Source: Geobacter metallireducens GS-15
GTDB lineage: Bacteria > Desulfobacterota > Desulfuromonadia > Geobacterales > Geobacteraceae
DNA length: 32,000 bases
Direction: 5' to 3'
Assembly (NCBI RefSeq): GCF_000012925.1
Contig: NC_007517.1
Location: 3,450,001 to 3,482,000, forward strand
Position numbers and translations under genes: made by a program. Positions 28,375 to 32,000 of this stretch are shown here, piece after piece. The notes beneath the pieces are model-generated. The model did not search any database, was not told the origin of the DNA, and saw nothing but the letters and a program-made list of their open reading frames with translations. The number at the start of each line of letters is the position of its first letter. Position 1 is the first letter of the stretch.

Positions 28375-29779
28375 CGTTATGCTTCTCTCCCGGAACCCCG
28401 GGGCTCGTAAGGGGAAGGGGGTCGAGAATCTCCGCGAGCTTGTCGGCCGTCAGCAGCTGCCGCTCCTCCACGATCTCCCGGATGCTCCGTCCCGTGGCCG
28501 TCGACTCCTTTGCCACCTCGGCGGCGGCGGCGTAGCCGACGTAGGGGGCCAGCACCGTGGCGAGCCCCACCGACTGGTCCAGGTACCGGCGGCAGCGCTC
28601 CCGGTCGGCGGTGATGCCGGCGATGCACGCCTGGACCAGCCTTGGCACCGTGTTCTTCAGGATCTCCAGGCTGAAGAGAAGATTGAAGGCGATGACCGGC
28701 ATCATCACGTTCAGCTCCAGCTGTCCCGCCTGGGCTGCCAGGGTTATGACCGCATCGGCCCCCATCACCTGGAAGGCAACCATGTCGGTTGCCTCGGCCA
28801 TGCTCGGGTTCACCTTCCCCGGCATGATGGAGGAGCCGGGCTGGATCGCCGGAAGCGCGATCTCGGCGAGCCCCGTCCGGGGGCCGGAGGAGAGGAGCCG
28901 CAGGTCGTTGGCGATGCGGACGAGGTTCGCGGCAAGCCCCTTGAGGGCCGACGAAAGAGCCACGAAGGGGTCCATGTTCTGCATCCGCTCCACCAGGTTC
29001 GTCCCGCGATGAAGAGGAAACCCGGTTTCCCGGGCCAGTTCCGCCACCACCAGATCGATGTAGGCCGCCTCGGCGTTCATGCCGGTGCCGACGGCGGTGC
29101 CGCCGATCCCCAGTTCCCGGAGCCCCGGCAGCGCGGCGTCGATCCCCGCCAGGTTTTTCTCCATTGCCACGGCCCACGCCTCGAACTCCTGGCCGAGGCG
29201 AATCGGCACCGCGTCCTGGAGGTGGGTCCGGCCGCTCTTGAGGACGGCGTCGAACTCCCGCCCCTTCCCCCGCAGGGCCGCCACGAGCCCCTCCAGTCCC
29301 GGACGCAGCTTCTCCACGAGTGAAAGAGACGCCAGCCGCATGGCCGTGGGAAAGACGTCGTTGGTGGACTGGGCCATGTTCACGTGGTCGTTGGGGTGGA
29401 CCGGCGCGTAGGCGCCGCGCTCTCCCCCCAGGAGTTCGTTGGCCCGGTTGGCGAGGATCTCGTTCACGTTCATATTGTGGGAGGTGCCGGCCCCGGCCTG
29501 GAACGGGTCCACCACGAAGTGGGGATCGAAGTCGCCGGCGAGGGCCTCGTCGGCGGCCCGGACGATGGCCTCGCCGAGCCGGGGGTCGAGCCTCCCCGTG
29601 GTCATATTGGCCCGGGCGGCGCTCTTTTTTATGACGACCGTGGCCCGAACCAGGGCCGGATGGGGCCGGAGCCCCGAGAGGGGAAAGTTGGCCACGGCCC
29701 TGGCCGTCTGGGCACCGTAGTAGGCGCCGGCCGGGACCTGCACGTCGCCGAGGGTATCCTTCTCAATCCGAAACGTCAC
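28370..29779 (-). CDS. Class II fumarase/aspartase-family lyase (aspartate ammonia-lyase-like)
   Basis: 469 aa with the signature 'GSSIMPGKVNP'. The N-terminus 'RIEKDTLGDVQVPAGAYYGAQTARA' is closer to the AspA style, so the AspA versus FumC assignment is not resolved. Confidence 0.8.
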   Translation of the reverse strand: MTFRIEKDTLGDVQVPAGAYYGAQTARAVANFPLSGLRPHPALVRATVVIKKSAARANMTTGRLDPRLGEAIVRAADEALAGDFDPHFVVDPFQAGAGTSHNMNVNEILANRANELLGGERGAYAPVHPNDHVNMAQSTNDVFPTAMRLASLSLVEKLRPGLEGLVAALRGKGREFDAVLKSGRTHLQDAVPIRLGQEFEAWAVAMEKNLAGIDAALPGLRELGIGGTAVGTGMNAEAAYIDLVVAELARETGFPLHRGTNLVERMQNMDPFVALSSALKGLAANLVRIANDLRLLSSGPRTGLAEIALPAIQPGSSIMPGKVNPSMAEATDMVAFQVMGADAVITLAAQAGQLELNVMMPVIAFNLLFSLEILKNTVPRLVQACIAGITADRERCRRYLDQSVGLATVLAPYVGYAAAAEVAKESTATGRSIREIVEERQLLTADKLAEILDPLPLTSPGVPGEKHND

Positions 29780-29818
29780 TGTTTCGCCCCTTCCCGGTCC
29801 CCGGGAACAGGTCCCCGA

Positions 29819-30910
29819 TTACCCCTTGATGGCGTTGTACTTCTCGGTAATCACCCGCAAGTGCTCGGTCTCCTCGTCCCGCAGGGCCTTGAGCATCCCC
29901 TTGCCGTCGGCGTCGGCGGTCTTCGCCATGAGGTCGTCGAAGTAGGCGATTCCCTTCTTCTCGATCTCCATAGCGATCTCCAGGGCCTGAAGGTCGTCGG
30001 TGTCGAACCCCACCTGCTTCTCCCCGGAGCCCGCCGGGTCGAGGGTAATGGTGGAGCCGCCGTAGAAGACCCAGCGCCCCCCCTCGTGGAGTGACTGGTA
30101 GAGCTCGTTCAGCTTCAGGTAGTGCTGCTCCTCGGTCTTGGCAAGCCAGCGGAAGATCCGCTTCCCCTCGGGATTGAAGGTTTTCCGCTCGGCCCTGGTG
30201 TAAAAGTCAAAGGTCTCCTTTTCGATCTCAATGGCCCGCATGATGGCGTCGAGGGTCTCTTTGGTCTGGTCGTTCATGGGCGCTCCTGACGGTAAAGTGG
30301 TTTCAATGGTCAAAAGTTCGTCAACGGTCCTGGAGTGAAATACCCGGCAGCCGAGCTCCCGCGGCAGCCGCAGGTCGATGTCGTAACGGTCCCCCACGAA
30401 GAGGCAGTGGGAGGGTTCTTGCCCGATCTCCCGGAAAATCTCTTCGAGAACCTGACGGTCCGGTTTGGGGCGCCAGGAATCCTCGATGGTAAAGATGCGC
30501 CGGAAGCACCCGTCAACGCCGAGGGCCGTCATGATCCGCGAAGAGAGGAGGCGGTTGTTGTTGGTGTAGATATGGAGATCGAACCGCTCGCCCAGCCTCT
30601 CCAGCAACTCCACCACCCGTTCGTCCCGGGTGAGGAAGGGCTCCGGTTCGATCTCGGCCTCAAAACGGCGATGGAGCTCCCGCAGGTCAATCCCCAGTTC
30701 CAGACAGACATGGCTCAGGGAGGCGGTCCGGCCGGTGCGGACGGCTATCTTTTCCCGGGTCTCCCGGATGAGGAGTCTCGCCTCCTCGGGGGAAATCCCC
30801 CGTACCGCGGCCACATGCCCCATGGCGGAGGCGTCGATCTGGCGACCGACCCCTTCACTGTCGTAGAGGGTGCCGTCCAGGTCGAAAACCAGGGCGCGAA
30901 TCCCGCTCAC
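29819..30910 (-). CDS. HAD-superfamily hydrolase fused to a ferritin-like/rubrerythrin-like four-helix domain
   Basis: The N-terminus has 'LVFDLDGTLYDS' (HAD motif I) and 'FVGDRYDIDL' (motif IV). The C-terminal roughly 150 aa has paired 'EIEKETFDFY...EEQH' and 'EIEKKGIAYF...EETEH' di-iron-type repeats. There is no stop between the halves. Confidence 0.65.
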   Translation of the reverse strand: MSGIRALVFDLDGTLYDSEGVGRQIDASAMGHVAAVRGISPEEARLLIRETREKIAVRTGRTASLSHVCLELGIDLRELHRRFEAEIEPEPFLTRDERVVELLERLGERFDLHIYTNNNRLLSSRIMTALGVDGCFRRIFTIEDSWRPKPDRQVLEEIFREIGQEPSHCLFVGDRYDIDLRLPRELGCRVFHSRTVDELLTIETTLPSGAPMNDQTKETLDAIMRAIEIEKETFDFYTRAERKTFNPEGKRIFRWLAKTEEQHYLKLNELYQSLHEGGRWVFYGGSTITLDPAGSGEKQVGFDTDDLQALEIAMEIEKKGIAYFDDLMAKTADADGKGMLKALRDEETEHLRVITEKYNAIKG

Positions 30911-30959
30911 CGTTACCCCCTCCCCTTACGGGTAGAGTCTATCATCGGAAGGCCCCGTG

Positions 30960-32000
30960 TCAAAAGAGCTTGCCCCAGTCGCGCATGCAGAGGAGCCGGG
31001 GGTTTTCGACCCCTTTCGCCTGGACGAGGACCTTGAAGGTGTCCCCCATCCCCCCCTCGGGGAGGATGAGCTTCTTGAGGGCGAGGCGGATGGCGATCTG
31101 CTCCTTTTCCGATGTGGCGGCGGCCTCCAGGGCCATGAGCTCCTCCATCATGCCGGTGGCCACCAGGAAGCGGTACTGCTCGCCGTACCAGACCTTGCGC
31201 AGCCCCAGTTCCTCCCCCCGCGCGGCAAGGGTGGTGAAGTCCACGTGGGTGGTCATGTCCTGGAGACCGATCCGGATGTAGGGGTTCTCTTCGATGGTAT
31301 GGCGGTAGTAGCAGAGGAGGGTGCCGTTCAGGCGCATGGGGCCGTAGAGCTCGGGGGCCAGGTAGCCGTAGTCGATGGTGAGGACGAAGCCCCGTTCCAA
31401 GGCAGTGGCCACCGATTCAAGCCACCGGACGGCGTTCAGGTTGATCTCGGCCCGCTGTCCCACGGCGAAGGTGATGCCGAGACGGGAGAGGTACGCCTCC
31501 AGCTCCGGCGTTGAGGGGAGGTCGAGGATTTCTGAGAACTGGTCCCCCTCGGCCGCGACAAAGACCTCGCGCAGCCCCTCGGGGCCCATTTCGACCAGGT
31601 GGGGCGGGAAGGAGTCGATCAGTTCGTTGGAGTAGAGGCAGCCGGTGAACCGGAGCCGCCCCTCGGCCAGGTCGGCGGGGGTGCTCCAGGAGACCTTGGG
31701 AAGATGCGGGGCGAGGAGCTCCCCCTGCACTGCGGCAAGGCTCGGCTCGGCCTCGATGAGGGTGAGGCGGATGCCGTCGTAGAGGGTGGGGTTCAGCTCC
31801 TGGATGGCGTCGATGACATCGGTGGCGAGACGGCCGTGGCCTGCCCCGGCCTCCACGATGTCGAAGGAGGCGGGGCGCCCCATCTCCTCCCACATGCGGC
31901 AGATCTCCCGGGCAATGAGGCGTCCGAAAACGGAGTGGACGTTGATGCTGGTGTAGAAATCCCCCTCGGCCCCCACCTTGCGGCCGGGGGAGGTGTAGTA
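30960..32000 (-). CDS. MidA/COG1565-type class I SAM-dependent methyltransferase (5' end outside the window)
   Basis: It has 'GDFYTS', 'IVEAGAGHGRLATDV' and 'NELIDSFP'. The reading frame stays open to the window edge. Confidence 0.75.
   Translation of the reverse strand, partial: YYTSPGRKVGAEGDFYTSINVHSVFGRLIAREICRMWEEMGRPASFDIVEAGAGHGRLATDVIDAIQELNPTLYDGIRLTLIEAEPSLAAVQGELLAPHLPKVSWSTPADLAEGRLRFTGCLYSNELIDSFPPHLVEMGPEGLREVFVAAEGDQFSEILDLPSTPELEAYLSRLGITFAVGQRAEINLNAVRWLESVATALERGFVLTIDYGYLAPELYGPMRLNGTLLCYYRHTIEENPYIRIGLQDMTTHVDFTTLAARGEELGLRKVWYGEQYRFLVATGMMEELMALEAAATSEKEQIAIRLALKKLILPEGGMGDTFKVLVQAKGVENPRLLCMRDWGKLF

Overview
The window has two parts. To the right of about 17.67 kb, and probably to the left of about 1.1 kb, is high-G+C housekeeping DNA with a Geobacter/Desulfuromonadales-like gene set: trxB, a CDF metal exporter, threonine dehydratase, folE2, queC, a vapBC-type TA pair, cardiolipin synthase, a NifU-like protein, an aspartase/fumarase-class lyase, a HAD/ferritin-like fusion and a MidA-like methyltransferase. 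An intact IS481-like element with target-site duplication sits in this part. Between about 1.1 and 17.67 kb is a visibly lower-G+C accessory island (judged by eye, not computed). Its right edge truncates a comM/yifB Mg-chelatase-like gene at a TGT-terminated end carrying two tandem ~22-bp repeats, which looks like a Tn7/Tn402/Mu-style transposon end. The island carries a full Wadjet operon, jetA-jetB-jetC-jetD, on the minus strand. Three more tightly coupled genes follow it directly: a 405-aa protein with no motif I can name, a double-HKD PLD-family nuclease and a 993-aa SNF2-type helicase. This trio is the best candidate for a poorly described or undescribed defence module, and it may be Azaca-like. 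The island also holds a 568-aa orphan protein just inside the transposon-like end, an IS5-family transposase remnant, a frameshifted NosL-like gene, a small lipoprotein and its own IHF/HU paralogue. That paralogue faces a frameshifted chromosomal IHF/HU copy. No rRNA, tRNA or CRISPR array was recognised. All family calls come from motif reading by eye, and no searches were run.
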